Program-made: the position numbers and the translations under genes | Assembly (NCBI GenBank): GCA_973895155.1 | Contig: OZ316895.1 | Location: 18,361,880 to 18,425,879, forward strand | Direction: 5' to 3' | From: Marsupella aquatica | Taxonomy: Eukaryota; Plantae; Marchantiophyta | Length of the DNA: 64,000 nucleotides | The notes under the pieces: model-generated | What the model was told of the DNA's origin: nothing | Seen by the model: the letters and a program-made list of their open reading frames with translations, nothing else | Database searches by the model: none | Part shown: piece by piece, positions 22,004 to 34,627 of the stretch | Layout of the letters: each line of letters starts with the position of its first letter | How positions within the stretch are numbered: position 1 is the first letter of the stretch

Positions 22004-23798
22004 TTCCCTTCTCCCCCCAAGGCAGAAGCCGGTGGCTCCCGTCTCCGGTGTTCCTCATTACTCAGCTCAGACCCACAATTCTTCACCACCTCCCGCTCCC
22101 GAGCAGCTTTTTGCTCGCCTTGATCCATAAGTCTCTTTCGGGCACGATCCGAGTTTGCGTACAGATCAAAAGGTTGCTGCATAACTGCACGTATCCTAGG
22201 ATTTTGTCCCCTACCTCCTGAGGGGAAAACATATCTTCTAGAATCCTGTTTGCTATACCTTTCCTATATCTCAGCACCAGATTCCTGATGTTGTCTTGCC
22301 TCACTGCGGAATCTCTCTTGTCTATCCTCTTTGTGTTCCGGGTTGCTCCCGTTCACATTCATTCGTTTATGCTTTACAGTATACACAAATCCCAAGCTAA
22401 ACCTTCCAAGAAATTATGCTCACCTTTCGTTATCCCGTTACTTGTCCTCTCACCTTCGTTTCCTTCCTACCTTTCACTAGGCTTGCATGTCCGGTTTCCA
22501 ACCCCCTTCTTGCTCTCGTGATTCCAAACCAATGTCAACGTGATCAACCAACCCGGCCCTTCGACCCATTTGCAATCTTTGGCTATCCTTCAAGCCCCCC
22601 TAGTCCTCCCTACCTGCTCCCTCTTCTTCCTACCCTGCTTCCGTTTCTCCCTCAATTCTCCAAATGCTTAATCCTTTCTGAGCCCGCTTATTTGCCCTTG
22701 TCGACTGCACAAACCCTGAGCCCCTTAGCAATCAAAGTAAAAACTCCATAAAGTGAGATTGCCAAGCAACTTCTGTGTCCAAATATGATCTGTCTCCCAG
22801 AAATTCTTTCTCTACTCCCGCCCTTGAGCAATCTAAGTGTAGCATCCGTTAAGTGAGATTGCACTTGTGCTATCCCAAGAAGCACCAATCCACTCCTGTA
22901 TCCCGATATGGTCTGTCACCCAGAGTATACAGCTCCGCGACTCACTTGCTACAGTACCATGCAAAATTTACTCCTCTACCTCTAACGTTACTGCATCGTT
23001 CCTAATCTCTCCACTATGATATCACTGATAAAAAGTGTGTAAGTACTTATTGTCATTCAGTGTAAATCCCCCGCAATAGAGCACTTCCGAGCCCACATCC
23101 GAGTGCTTAAAGGCGATTCAATCCCTAAACCTAATCAATCTTCCCGTAAAACCATTAGCAGGTCGTTACTTATCAGAAAAAAAAATTCCATAAGTAGAAC
23201 CCCTCTCTATCTTAGAGACCTCCTGAAAAGTCCACTCCTCCAATCAATAATTCACCTAATATCAATCTCAATCCCTGCATTCCCCGTAACTAGTTCTCGA
23301 GCTCCGCCAGTTCCCAGTTCCTAGTTCAGTCCCCTACAGGATCTAAACTCATCTTTCTTTAACCATTTTGGACAAATCTTAAATGACCCAACCCTATTGT
23401 CACGTGATGAATACCCTTTGAGCAACATGTCATTACTTGATTTGTTACATATTGTAAGTCATTTTGGAAAAGTCCTAAATGATGGATGATCTTCCTTCTT
23501 TAATTGCCACGTGGAATTATATAATTGTGTACGGAGACCATCGACGGTGAACGGCAATTGATCATCAATGGTGGTTTTTTGGTCATTTCAGACCATTCAC
23601 CATTTATGACCAAATTGTAAATTTAGTCATTTCAAACTATACAAAATGACCACACATTTTTTGCGTCATTTGTCCAAAAGGACCGTGACCCATATGTCCG
23701 TTGTGACGCGTCTGGAAAGACCTACACAAGTGCGTCATTTTTTTGTTGAAAAGACCATTTGTATAGTCATTTTTGTGGTCATAAACAACCTTGTGGTG

Positions 23799-26766
23799 CG
23801 ACCCATGGCTCCCTAAACCCAAGAACCTTCCTCCAATTCCTTCTTTAAGGTCGCCCTCTCCTCTTGGGTTGCTCTCAGCTCCTTGTCGAGCTCCGTAACG
23901 ACCTCAGACTCCATTTTATTCATCTTGGCATAAGTCTGGTCGAGCTGGTCGTGTTTCTCGCGGAGGTCGGCCTTGAAGCTGGCCGTTATGGATGCAAGCT
24001 CTTGCCGCAACTCGATAATCGCCTGATAGGATTTCCCTAACTCGGCCTCCTTCTGCTCAAGGGCTCCGCGGATATCCTTGAGTTCCCCCTTCAACGCCCT
24101 CTCCCTTCTCTGAGTTTCCGCCATGGCCCAATTGTTGGTTGCTATGTGGGCCTCCTCTGCGTCTCTCAGCTCTCGCTTCCACTTCTCCTTCTCCTTGATC
24201 GAATCGGCCAGATCACATTGGGTCCGAGTTAGTTAATCCTTGATAATCTGATTATCAAACTGCGCGGTATCCAATTGCCCTTGCATGATGTTGAGCTCAT
24301 GCCGCTTAATCCGCAGTTCATCTTGGGCTTTCTTGGACGCCTTCAGGTCTTCTACCTTGGCTTCCCTTGCCCTAAGCCGACGGATGACCTCGTTCTTCTT
24401 GCTTCTTTCCAAAGCCACCGCTTCTTCTAATCGGTGCTTCTCCAACATTTCCCTCTGGAAAAAAGGTCCCTACTCCAACTCCTCCCCAAAGATGCCGAGC
24501 GCAAGTTCGCCACACATTTCCCCGTACTCCATGGCTTGTTCTTTAGCATAGGCGGAGTGAGCAAAAGTCATCGGCATCATCCACCGCGGCCTTTGTTCCC
24601 AAGCAGCCTTGCAAATTTCTTCTATCATGGCTGGCGGGCTACTTCGTTTTTCTGCAAGCCGCCGGATGTCCTCTGGCCATTCTCCTCCTGGTAAATCCTT
24701 CTCCCTTGCCAGGGCTGCCTCCTCTTCCTCCCTGAGTCGTTCCTGAAACTCCTGTGCCGTCTGTTTTATGCCGTCAAAACTCGGGGGAGCAACATCTGGT
24801 GGTGGAGACTCGGGGCTGCTCTGCTGGGTCGGGTCCCCTCGAACTACTCTTGGAAGAGTGGGGATGAACCTGCCACAGGTCCTTGAATTGTTCCTGGAAC
24901 ATGATGGTCCAACCCGTAGCCGGAGTCATCATTGTCGTAGCCTTCTACCGCCTCCTCCTCGGCTTGGACTACTGGCTCCCCCCGCTGCTGTCCTGGTCCT
25001 GCCGTGAACACAACCCCATAGATCACGGGTCCTGGTTCCTCCGGCTTCCATGTTGATCTCATCTTCTCCCTGTCGTGACCAGGGGCCTTGGGCTGCTTCT
25101 CCTTGGCTTCAGGACTTGAAGCTCCTACATACATTCGGACTCCCGGCTCGTGTTCCGGCCTCCTTCTCTCCTTGGCCCCGGTAAAGGGGTTTTCACTGGT
25201 AAGTTGGCTAAGACCGACTTTGGAAGCGGTATTCTGTACTGGCCCCATTGTCGTTGTCGTTCTCCTTTCCTTCTCCAGCAATTTCAGCAGATTCTGCATG
25301 CCTGGTTGCTGCATCGGTAAGTCCTCCTTCCTCAGCCTAAACACCTGCTCGATTGTAGGACTGTCGGGCTGGTTCGGTTTCTCTGTTGCCGCCCTTGGTT
25401 CCGGAACTTCCTCTGGTGCTCTTGCCTGCAGGGGCAGTACCGGGGCAAATATCTGGCTTCGAGCATACCGGCACAACAGCGGCATGTGATAACCAAGTCG
25501 GGACACGCTTCCCATGCCGATCACCAGCTGTTCCTCCTTCAAGATCTTCTTCAGTTGGGTGAGGAGGTACCCGTTGTAGTCTCGGCTTGGGTCTGGCCTC
25601 TCCGCCAGATAGACCTGTGCCTTGCCGATCTCTGCCCTCGGCAAGTTACAATGCATGGTCACCCGTAAGAAATCGATCATTTCTCCTATGTGCAGGTTGG
25701 TGTAGGTGTTTCGGAAGAAGCCATTCTTTGTTGATGGCCCTAGAAATGACCGGAACTCCTTGTCTGGCAAGGTCTTCCTGGTATCTACTTTGGTCTTATT
25801 GCCCATCGGTAAGCCAAACACTTCGGCAATCACCCAGGGAGTGAGATAACAATCCTTCCCATACACCCTTGTGGAATTGGTCTCGGGCTCCCATGATCCC
25901 ACAAATTCTAGTAAGTCTGAATCTGGCACCTCCGGCTTCAGCCATGGTAACTTTACAAATGCTTCCAAGCCAGATCCGGCCATGAAGCCCTGGTATTTCC
26001 GAGTCTGCATAGCCGTAAAGCATGCATCCTCTTCTCGCGCAAAGTATAATTGCACCTCCTCGGGGAGGGTCGCCACCCAGCCTTTCCAGGTGTCATCTCT
26101 TGTTGGAACGGCATTGACGAGGTTGATCTCCTCCTCTTTGGCTTCTGCCTGCCTCCTGCTTCCCTGCTCTGCTGGTTTCTTGGATGCCGCCGACCTCATT
26201 CTTTTCGCAGGGGTGGCTTCTTTGTTGTTGTTCCCTTTCCTCTTCATAGCGGCTGCCTTGGATGTTTCTCCTAGCACGGTTGCCTTCGTCCACCCCTCCG
26301 TGCTACCCTTCAACTCCTAGTGTATGTTGTTGCAGCGGTTGATGGCCTCCCGGATGCCGACTATCTTGTTCTCACAAAACAAAAGATCATCAAGTTTGTC
26401 GGCAGTAGGCGTCCACAAGAATTCAGCCGTAATGAGTTTTCCTCCTAAGAAAGCAGACTTCTGCAGCTCCCACAACCGAGCGAGCTCCTGCCGTTCTCGA
26501 GCCGCTCTCTCTGATTCTTTGTCCTGGTAGGTCCCAATGTACTCAGTTGCCCGTTCTAACAGGCATCCCCCAAAATGAGCAGCTTGATTGACATTGCTCA
26601 TACCCCTCTTGAGTTGATCGTCGGTATCTGCTTCCACCCCGAGTGCTTGCCTGAGCAGCGGACAGCAATTGGCCTCCCGTAGTCGTCCGCTTGGCTTGTG
26701 TTTGCAAATGAGCCGCCAGTCCTTGCGCTCGGTCCTTACCCCCCCTTGGCTGGTCTTCCTTCCCAT
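23799..26766 (-). pseudogene. Unclassified TE gene: PMD/Transposase_32-like domain plus long coiled coil; disrupted
   Basis: ORFs 26766-26317 and 26313-24844 share a frame and are separated by one TAG; motif FVKLPW..DLLEFVGSW..T...VYG....LTP..IAEVFGLP.G; coiled-coil fragments at 24450-23813. Confidence 0.55.
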
Positions 26767-27189
26767 TGGTAGCCGCCTGTACTTAGCGCGCCCTAACCCT
26801 AATCGTGTTTCCCCCGACGTCCTTACTTCGGCCTTGGCTCGGGTTCCATAGTCACCCTTAATTGTTTATATTTCCCTATCTTTGTTACTATACTAAGGTG
26901 TTTCCTAGGGTATACTCCTGATCTTTTATTTAAACTGGCCTAATGATTCTTGGCTAGGCATCACAAACCTTGTTTTCGGACACTAGTGTATATGGATGCT
27001 AAATACCATAAAGAGAAGAAACTCAAATGCATACGAGAAAACTAGAAACTCGTATGAGAAAACAAAATCTTGTACAAGTAAATAGATATGCTCATACGAG
27101 TAATTTGTTTACTCATATGAGACAAAAGTTTGCTCATACAAGGAAAATTTGTCTTGTATGAGCACATCTATTTGCTATTTGCTGTCACG

Positions 27190-28420
27190 GTGGTTATATC
27201 CGGCATCGGCCTCTTTATTTGCGCTATTGTGGGACTGTCGGGCGGTTCGGGATTCCTTACTGCCCGCCTCAGCTCCAACTCCTCTTCCGGCGCCCTTGCC
27301 TGTAGGGGGAGTACTAGCGCAAAGATTTGACTCTGGGCATACCGGCACAATAGCGGCATATGATAACCAAACCGGGACACGTTCCCCTGACTTATCACTT
27401 GCTATCCCTCCTTCAATATTTTCTTCAGTTGGCTGAGGAGGTACCCGTTGTAGTCTCGGCTTGGGTCTGGCCTCTCCGGCCTTGGCAGGTTGCAATGCAT
27501 CGTCACTCGCAAGAAATTGATCATTTTGTTGGGTATTTACTCTTATGTCTAGGTTAGGTATGACGTGGTTGGTACAACAACGTGGGTTGGTACAACAACA
27601 TGGTTTGGTACAACTACGTGGTTAGGTACAACTACGTGATTAGGTACAACAATGTGGTTAGGTACAACTACGTGATTAGGTACAACAATGTGGTTAGGTT
27701 AACTAAGTTGCACACTATATCATAAGAGGCACGTGTGCTTGGAGAGGTAGAACCAAGGCTCATTGTTATGGAGCCACTTGAGAGATAGGGAGAGCTTACA
27801 CTGTGGAGACTCGGTATAGCCGATGGGCTTAGAGTTCAGTAAAGCTCTCTTGTGTGTTCCCGTGGACGTAGCCTCAAGGAGGTGAACCACGTATCTCTTG
27901 TGTCGACTACTTGCATGTTGGATATGTCATGTGCTTACTGTTGCGATTATCGTCTATACTCAACACATTTCTCCAATATATGTGCGGGTTGGTGTAGGTA
28001 TTTTGGAAGAATCCATTCTACATTGATGGCCCGGGGAATGATCTAAACTCCTTGTCCGACAAGTTATTTCGGGTTTCTACCTTGGTCTTGTTGCCCATCC
28101 GCAAGCCAAATACTTTGGCAATCACATTGGGAGTGAGATAGAAGTCCCTCCCGTAGATCTTGGTTGACCTGGAGTTGTGGTCCCATAATCACACAAATTC
28201 CAGCAAGTCTGAGTCTGGCACCTCCGACTTCATTCATGGCAATCTAACAAAGGTCTCCAAGCCCAATCCGGCCCAATCTGGCAGATACTTTTTGGTCTGC
28301 ATGGTTGTAAAGCATGCATCCTCATCTCCTGCAAAATGCAATTGTACTGCCTGCGGTATTATCATTGCCCAACCCTTCCATGTGTCGTCTCTGGTAGGGA
28401 TGGCATTGACTAGGTCAAAT
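27190..28420 (-). pseudogene. Degenerate second copy of the PMD-like region (25330-26125)
   Basis: NAIPTRDDTWKGW...F...EDACFT.MQT.KY and GYHMPLLCRYA.SQIFA.VLPLQARAPEE match the 24844-26313 protein; split by a solo LTR. Confidence 0.85.
27527..27965. mobile_element. Solo LTR (439 bp)
   Basis: TGTTG...CAACA termini; 5-bp TSD CATTT (27522-27526 and 27966-27970); removing it restores similarity to 25670-25700; internal ~20-bp GGTACAAC tandem array at 27550-27700. Confidence 0.9.
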
Positions 28421-28789
28421 ACTGAAACAACCCTTCCCATGCCATGAAAGGTGTAACAATGTGCCATTCAATATTGCTTGCATATCACACCACATATCAA
28501 ACTCTTAGATGAAATCATCAAATCAATAGTGCCAATTGCACCAGAGTATCTCCTAGGGCCCTTAGTGGACCCATACGTCTTCTCCATATCCCACAATAAC
28601 AATGCAACTACTTGATGATGAGGAGACTTGGTTACTAAGTCCTCATCAAAATCACTATTTGGAGCTCTTTTGGTAACTGCTAGCAATGTTGTCGACCAAA
28701 AATGCACTCCACTTCGAGTGAAACCGGTCCGTTGTTCACCAAGTAGCTTTGCATTATTGGAAGACTCCATGATTCCAAAACCCTAGGTC

Positions 28790-29075
28790 ACAGGCCGTGG
28801 GCCGTGGGCCGTGGGTGCCTACACACAAACAAGATGAGTTGGCCACAGGTCATGGGTTGTGGGTGCCAGCTCACACAACCAAGATGAATCTGCCACATGC
28901 CGTGGGCTATGGGTGTGTACCCACGCAAACCAAACTACAAGAGGCCACAAGCCGTGGGCTATGGGTGCCAACACACACAACCAAGATGAATCAGCCAAAG
29001 GCCGTGGGCTATAGGTGCCAACCCACACAACCAAGATGAATTGGTCACAGGCTGTGGGCTGTGGATGCGTCCCCA
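28790..29075. repeat. ~57-bp tandem repeat (about 5 units)
   Basis: Recurring CCACAxGCCGTGGGCTxTGGGTGCCxxCxCACACAACCAAGATGAA. Confidence 0.85.
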
Positions 29076-30033
29076 CCAAAACTCTCTTCACCCAAGTCAT
29101 GCACTAAACACACCGCAATTGACTGACAAATCACTATTCACTATTTGTTGTTTCTTCTATGCCCTAAGTCACAACCGCCCTTGCCTCTTCACGGTGCCTT
29201 CTCCCATTGCGTGGTGTCAACACAAATCACCAACATTCAATGTTGTTTCCTTCATAGAAACGCACTATCTATCAACAAAGAACTTGATGCAAATCAGAAG
29301 TGCATCCTACAAAAACTATAAAGTTAACACAATTAACTGTTGAGCTCCCAATCAAACCGCCTCAATCAAAACCACAAAGAGCCGCACATCCGACTACTTT
29401 CCCTTCACAAAATAGGATCAGATACCATCGTCTGTCTTGCACATAATTGTTGACAGCAACATGCGCTTGTCAATCACACAATCAATCCTCCACAATGCAG
29501 CAACACATATTGACAAAGACTGTAACTCCAAAACCGCAACTTAGCAACAATAACTTGAAGCTTCACTTCTATGCCACACCAACTTGCAATAGATCAAGAT
29601 ACCATCGCTCCGTTCAATAATAACACCCAATCCAACCTACCACAAATTGTCAACAACAAAACCAAAATGAAATCAAACTTTGATCTGCACAATTTGCACA
29701 ATAGAGTTTAAAGCCGATCTTCAAGAGCAATCAAACAACAATTGATGCCAATCAGACACACAATTCTGCCTGATGCGACCACACACTTATGTCAAGCCAA
29801 ACTGTGATGCCGCCAACACGGGTGGTAATGAGTAATACAACTTAATCCGTGTTAAGCACGTATGAAGTAGACATAGGAATCTGTAGTTATTAGCATAACG
29901 ACACAAAATTAGCTAGTCATGATGCTTAGGACAGGTTTTAGTAATAATGGGAGTTCACGCTTGGGTTGGCGGCACGTTATGGCTATCGGCTTTGGATCCG
30001 TATAACTAATTCAGAGGCAGCTCTCTGCCACGC

Positions 30034-31172
30034 TGTCCGGGTGACCGTATTTTCTGGCAAGAGCATGTTGGCTCTTTTGAAGTTAACCTTGCATGCTCAT
30101 AAGTTCTATACTAAAATCAAAATGATAATTCTAGTAACAAGGGTAGTGGGTATTAAGAAAGATTCAGGTGAAATTAAAATACTGTTAAACCCTACTTCAC
30201 CATACTTGCGGACCAACACATCACGAAAATTAGTTTTCTTACGACATATGATTCTAATATCTCCAAGAGAAAATGAAACAGGAATATCATCCGGACTCCT
30301 ATTCAGATCCATGACTTCAATAAAGGACAAAGATGATGCACTCCCACTCCTCTTGGTACGACACCACTAGGTATATTATTGGCTCGTTAGAAACCATAAC
30401 AGCAGTTGCAAACTGAGCTCCAAAATGATAGGTTAGATGTTGCCTCATAGATGGTTTGTCTAAAAGATGGACTCTAATCAAAAACGGATTACGAAGGGGA
30501 AGATCAGGGATAACTCTCTCTCCTGGATTCATGATGGCTCTCCTATTCCTTTGCTATCCGGGCCAAAGGACGCCCCACCCCTATATTCCCAAAGAAACCT
30601 TATTCCCTAAGGTCCCATCTATAAGTCTACCACTCATTCCTTTGCTATCCGGGCCAAAGGACGCCCCACTACTATGTTCAAGGCACAAAAGAGCTTCACA
30701 ACCTTGAATGATAAACACTGCGGAATGAGGGGAGAGTGCCCCTCACCACTTTATTTATAGTGCACACCAAGAGGGCATGGATCAAGCCCAAGCACTTGGA
30801 TGAAGGCCAAGTGTCAAACATCTAATACCAAAGAGTGTGCTAGTACTGTTCATAGTTGGTGAAACTACTTTTAGTAGGTAGAACTACCATGCATTGGTGG
30901 AACTACTATGCGTTGGTGGACCTACTGTGTGTTAGTAAAACTACTATGCGCTGATGGACCTACTGTGCGTTGGTAGAACTACTATGCGTTGGTGAATATT
31001 ATTGTAGTTGGTGGAACTACTCATATGCATTGGTGGAACTACTATAGTCCATTAATATAGCTAAAGAGTTTTAATAAAATCTAAATTTAATAATCTAACT
31101 ACTAAATTACTTATATAATCTATAGCATATTAAAACAAACAATTTTTTATAACTTAAGAGAAAATCACGACA
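30034..31172 (-). repeat. 3' LTR of Gypsy 2, with internal ~20-bp GGTGGAACTACTATGCGTT array (30850-31050)
   Basis: TGTCCGGG...TCACGACA; matches 37314-38452. Confidence 0.95.
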
Positions 31173-31225
31173 TATCACCCCTACCAAACCTGTGCATCCT
31201 CCGGTATGCACCACACCTAGAATCG

Positions 31226-34200
31226 CTACATGTCTTCTTCATCTAAAGCCTCATAGTCGTCGGGTTCAAACTCTTCCTCTGTCACAAATTGAGTTCGTCG
31301 TTTAAACAATTTTACTCGCTTCCCTGCATAGGGATTGCGATGAATTGCTCCATCAAGTTCTCTTACCACATATGTTGCATTAGGACGAATCTCCGTCACC
31401 ACAAATGGTCCTCTCCAACGACGTGCAAACTTCTTCAGAGTAGAATGTTGCTGTTCCAACCCTCCCTCATAGATCAAGACCCAATCTCCATTCTGGATGG
31501 GAATTGGTCTCAAATGATGGGTCTTGTCAAATCGTTCCTTATTCTTCTCACGATCCTCCTTTAGCCTTAGTAACGCCTCCTCAATCTTCTTCTTGGTCTG
31601 GCTAAAGTGCTCAATCCTTCGCTCCAGCAACTTTTCTTGGGAGATTCTATTTTGTCATTCAATCATCCTCCAACTCTGAACATTTTCCTCAATCGGCATC
31701 AAAGGCAAATGTCCAGAGACTAATTTGGCAGGCGTAATTCCTGTTGTGGTAGTGCATGTCATTCGATCTGCCAAAAGAGCAAATGGTAGAAGATTGGGCC
31801 AAAGTGATGGTTTTCCTCGGCAAGATTTCACCATGGCATTCACTATTGGTGGGTGCCCTCGCTCAATCTTTCCATTTCCTTCTGGGTTGTAGGCAGTAGT
31901 GAGTTTGAGCTTGATGTTGAACCGGTCGAAAAATTCTACAGCCTCTTCAGAATTCAGCTCTCCTCTATCTGCTCTCATTTGCACAAAACAACCATGACGT
32001 GCTATAACGTCTTCAAGTATGAACCTGCATACTGCTTCTGTAGTGTTAGAGGTTAAAGCCCTTCCTTCAACATAAGAAGATAAATCTTCTCTTGCAAGGA
32101 CAAGATACTTTGCCCCCCTAATTCCCCATGGCATGTGCACCACATCTACTGCCCATTGAAAATGTAAAGAAAGAGGACTAGTGGGATTAAGTCCATCTCT
32201 AAACCAAACTTTAGAGTAATACTGACAACTCTCACAAGATCCAACATAGGATTTTACATCCACATACATGCCTGACCACCAGTACCACCTTTGAACCCGC
32301 TCATAGGTAGCTCTAACTCCTCGATGTCCTACTTCAACAGCATCATGAGAATCCCATAAGACTCTCTTCTTCTCTTCATCTGTATCAAGAACTCTACAAG
32401 GAACATGTCCTTTCTTCAAAGACCTTCTCCATAAAACACCATCCTTGAGCATGAACTTGTAAGCCTTCTTCCGTAATTGTTGAAACTTCTCTTCTATCAT
32501 TTCAACAGGCCTTTGAAGAGTACTAAGGTACCTTCCAATCAAGAGCAACTCTCCAGAATAGAGCTTCTCTCGAAATGTTAAGACCTCAAACTCTCCATTC
32601 ATCACTTGAACTGCCTCCACTTTATTCTGATCATAGCGGGCTCTTGAAAGCATATCTGCTACTGGATTATCTTTTCCAGCAATGTGTCGAAGCTCGGGGT
32701 TGATCATCCTAATAAAAGCTATCCAACGTAGCATAGCAATGTCTGGAGTATCACAGTTAGCAATCATCCCTAAAAGTGGTAAACAATCAGTCTCAAGAAT
32801 GACTTGTGATCCAATCAAGTAGACTTTTTCTTGACACAAGGCTATCCTTGCTCCCCACAACTCTCGCTTGATTTGAGGGTAATGTCTTTGCCTTGCTGAA
32901 AAGATCTTAGCTCCAAACCTTGCTGCAAATCTTCTCCCCTCCTCATCATCCTGCCCTACCGCCCATCCAGCAGCATCAGGACTTGAATCTACAGTGACAA
33001 TGATGGGTCTTCCATCATAGCATAAGGGACGTAAAACAAGGGGGCTAAGTAAGGTCTCCTTTAACCTTTGCATAGCCTCCTTATGTGCCTCTGTCCAAAC
33101 AAAGTGCGCATTCTTCCTCAATAATCCGTACAAAGGATCAGCAATATGTGCAAAGTGAGGAATCCAGATCCTATAGAACAAGCAAGCGCCAAGGAACCTT
33201 CGCACCTCCGAAATTGTCCTACAATCTTTCATCTGATTGATTGCATCTACCTTTCCTCCATTTGGCTTCCTCCCATCAACTCCACAAATTTGTCCTACAA
33301 TTAGGACTTCACGAAGCCCAAATGAAGATTTCTCACCAGAAAGAGTGAGTCCAACCTCAATCAACCTCTTCAAGATTGCTTTCACATCTTGAATGTGCTC
33401 CCATACAAATTGTCGCAAGCCATCTTCACGTATAGTCTCATCTTTCTTTGTCTCCAAGCATCCCTTGATTGACATATCATCAAGGAATGGCTGTGTCTTC
33501 TCTGGAATGAAACGGTGTAATACCTTATTCATGGCATTCTGCATGTGAGCCACCGAGTTGGTTGCCCCTTGAGGCAAGGTACACATGCGAAGTAGTCCCA
33601 AAGGTGTCCTCATAGTGGTGATATCTCTACTACTCTGAGCCAACTCAAACTGATCATAGCCTGAATAGAGGTCACCACATGAATAGATGGCTCTACCAGC
33701 AAATTCTTCCGCAAACTCATCTACTATAGGTCCTATTCCAGTATTGCGAATAGTAACCTTGTTAGGTGGTTGCATGTCCTGAATAAATCTAAGTTTACCA
33801 TTTTTCTTACGAATGGTAAACCAACGATTAGAATAAGGTGCATCTGTTCTTTCCAAAATCCTAGTGGAAAGCTTCTCCTTTAATAGATCAATAAGTTTAG
33901 GTAACAAAGCTTTGGGCACTGGAATGGGTTTCAAGTCCCAAGGAACATGCGGGACAGTGAAAATTACCATAGGAGTAACAACACTAGGATCCACACATCC
34001 CATCTCTTCAGGAAAAAAAGCAAAAGCCTTACCATGCTCACCAATCATTTGCTGAAACTCTTCTCTCTCTTCTTTTGTCAGCAACCCATCATCACCAATC
34101 CTTAGTTGATTAACGGTCTCCTTCGTGAATTTGTGGCCAATCTTAGTCCGATCTCTAAGACTGGTCTCTTTACCTGCCTTCTCCAAAATCTCCCTAGCAT

Positions 34201-34627
34201 CCAAAGGTAAAGGAATTGCTGCTGGTCTCACTTTCTTCTCCATTGTTTTGTACTTGGTGTTGACCTCAACAAATTGAGACAACTCGCCATACAGCTCATG
34301 ATTGATTTCCATATGAGCTTTCCCCTCAGAAAGACCTTCAATTATTTCTTTCAAAGACACTTCTACTCCTTCTTCATCTAGAAGGCCTTCAATCTCTTCA
34401 CTTTCCCCTAGCAATCCATGTATTTGCATAGTATCCTCAATCCTTGCAATTTTCTTTTTGAATTTTTTAGTAGCTTCATACACTTTCACATAAGAAATTC
34501 GACAACGCAAGCTTTCACCTTCAAATGAGCTTGCCAACAAACTATTCACATTCCAAGTCACCAGCGGGTCATTGGCGATGGCGCCCCGCCTTCCCGCATT
34601 GCTTAACGAGACGCCTTCCGGAAATCC
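31226..34627 (-). pseudogene. pol: Gypsy 2 pol (RT, RNase H, integrase) with an in-frame TGA at 31657-31655
   Basis: RT YSNRWF, DLYSGYDQ, LPQGATNS, FLDD; RNase H VDSS, KRELWG, TDC; integrase GHRG..CESC, VDVVHMP, ADRGE, NGKIERGH, WRGPF. Confidence 0.92.

Larger units (their letters stand above)
16086..23363 (-). mobile_element. Full-length L1-clade LINE (~7.3 kb)
   Basis: 17-bp TSD CATTTTGGACAA(G/A)TCTT at 16069-16085 and 23364-23380; AATAAA and A-rich 3' end; ORF1 and ORF2 present. Confidence 0.9.
1..23798 (+). mobile_element. CACTA (En/Spm) element 1, decayed; left end outside the window; hosts a Gypsy, a MITE and a LINE
   Basis: TnpD C-terminal (DUF4216-like) exon at ~845-1722; TnpA/Ptta-like exons at ~1820-3800 and ~13865-15369; ATGAC/GTCAT subterminal repeats at 15720-16085 and 23364-23790; terminus TTGTGGTG (23791-23798) is one mismatch from the canonical TTGTAGTG. 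Confidence 0.75.

Noticed and set aside
26790-26802. CCCTAACCCTAA and scattered CCCTAAA as interstitial telomere
   Set aside because: Only one or two units; consistent with telo-box-like motifs or chance.
26981-27170. CACTAGTGTA followed by CATACGAG/TATGAG repeats as a third CACTA
   Set aside because: May be a relic end, but no matching right TIR or TSD was found.
27550-27700. Regular ~20-bp repeats that look CRISPR-like (also 28790-29075, 30850-31050)
   Set aside because: No unique spacers and no cas genes; eukaryotic context; they are tandem arrays within LTRs or UTRs.
31649-31660. TGA CAA AAT in the Gypsy 2 integrase tail, and TAA at 35577, as recoding sites
   Set aside because: Neither fits CARYYA. 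They are single transitions from TGG or CAA in an older element whose LTRs have diverged ~1%.
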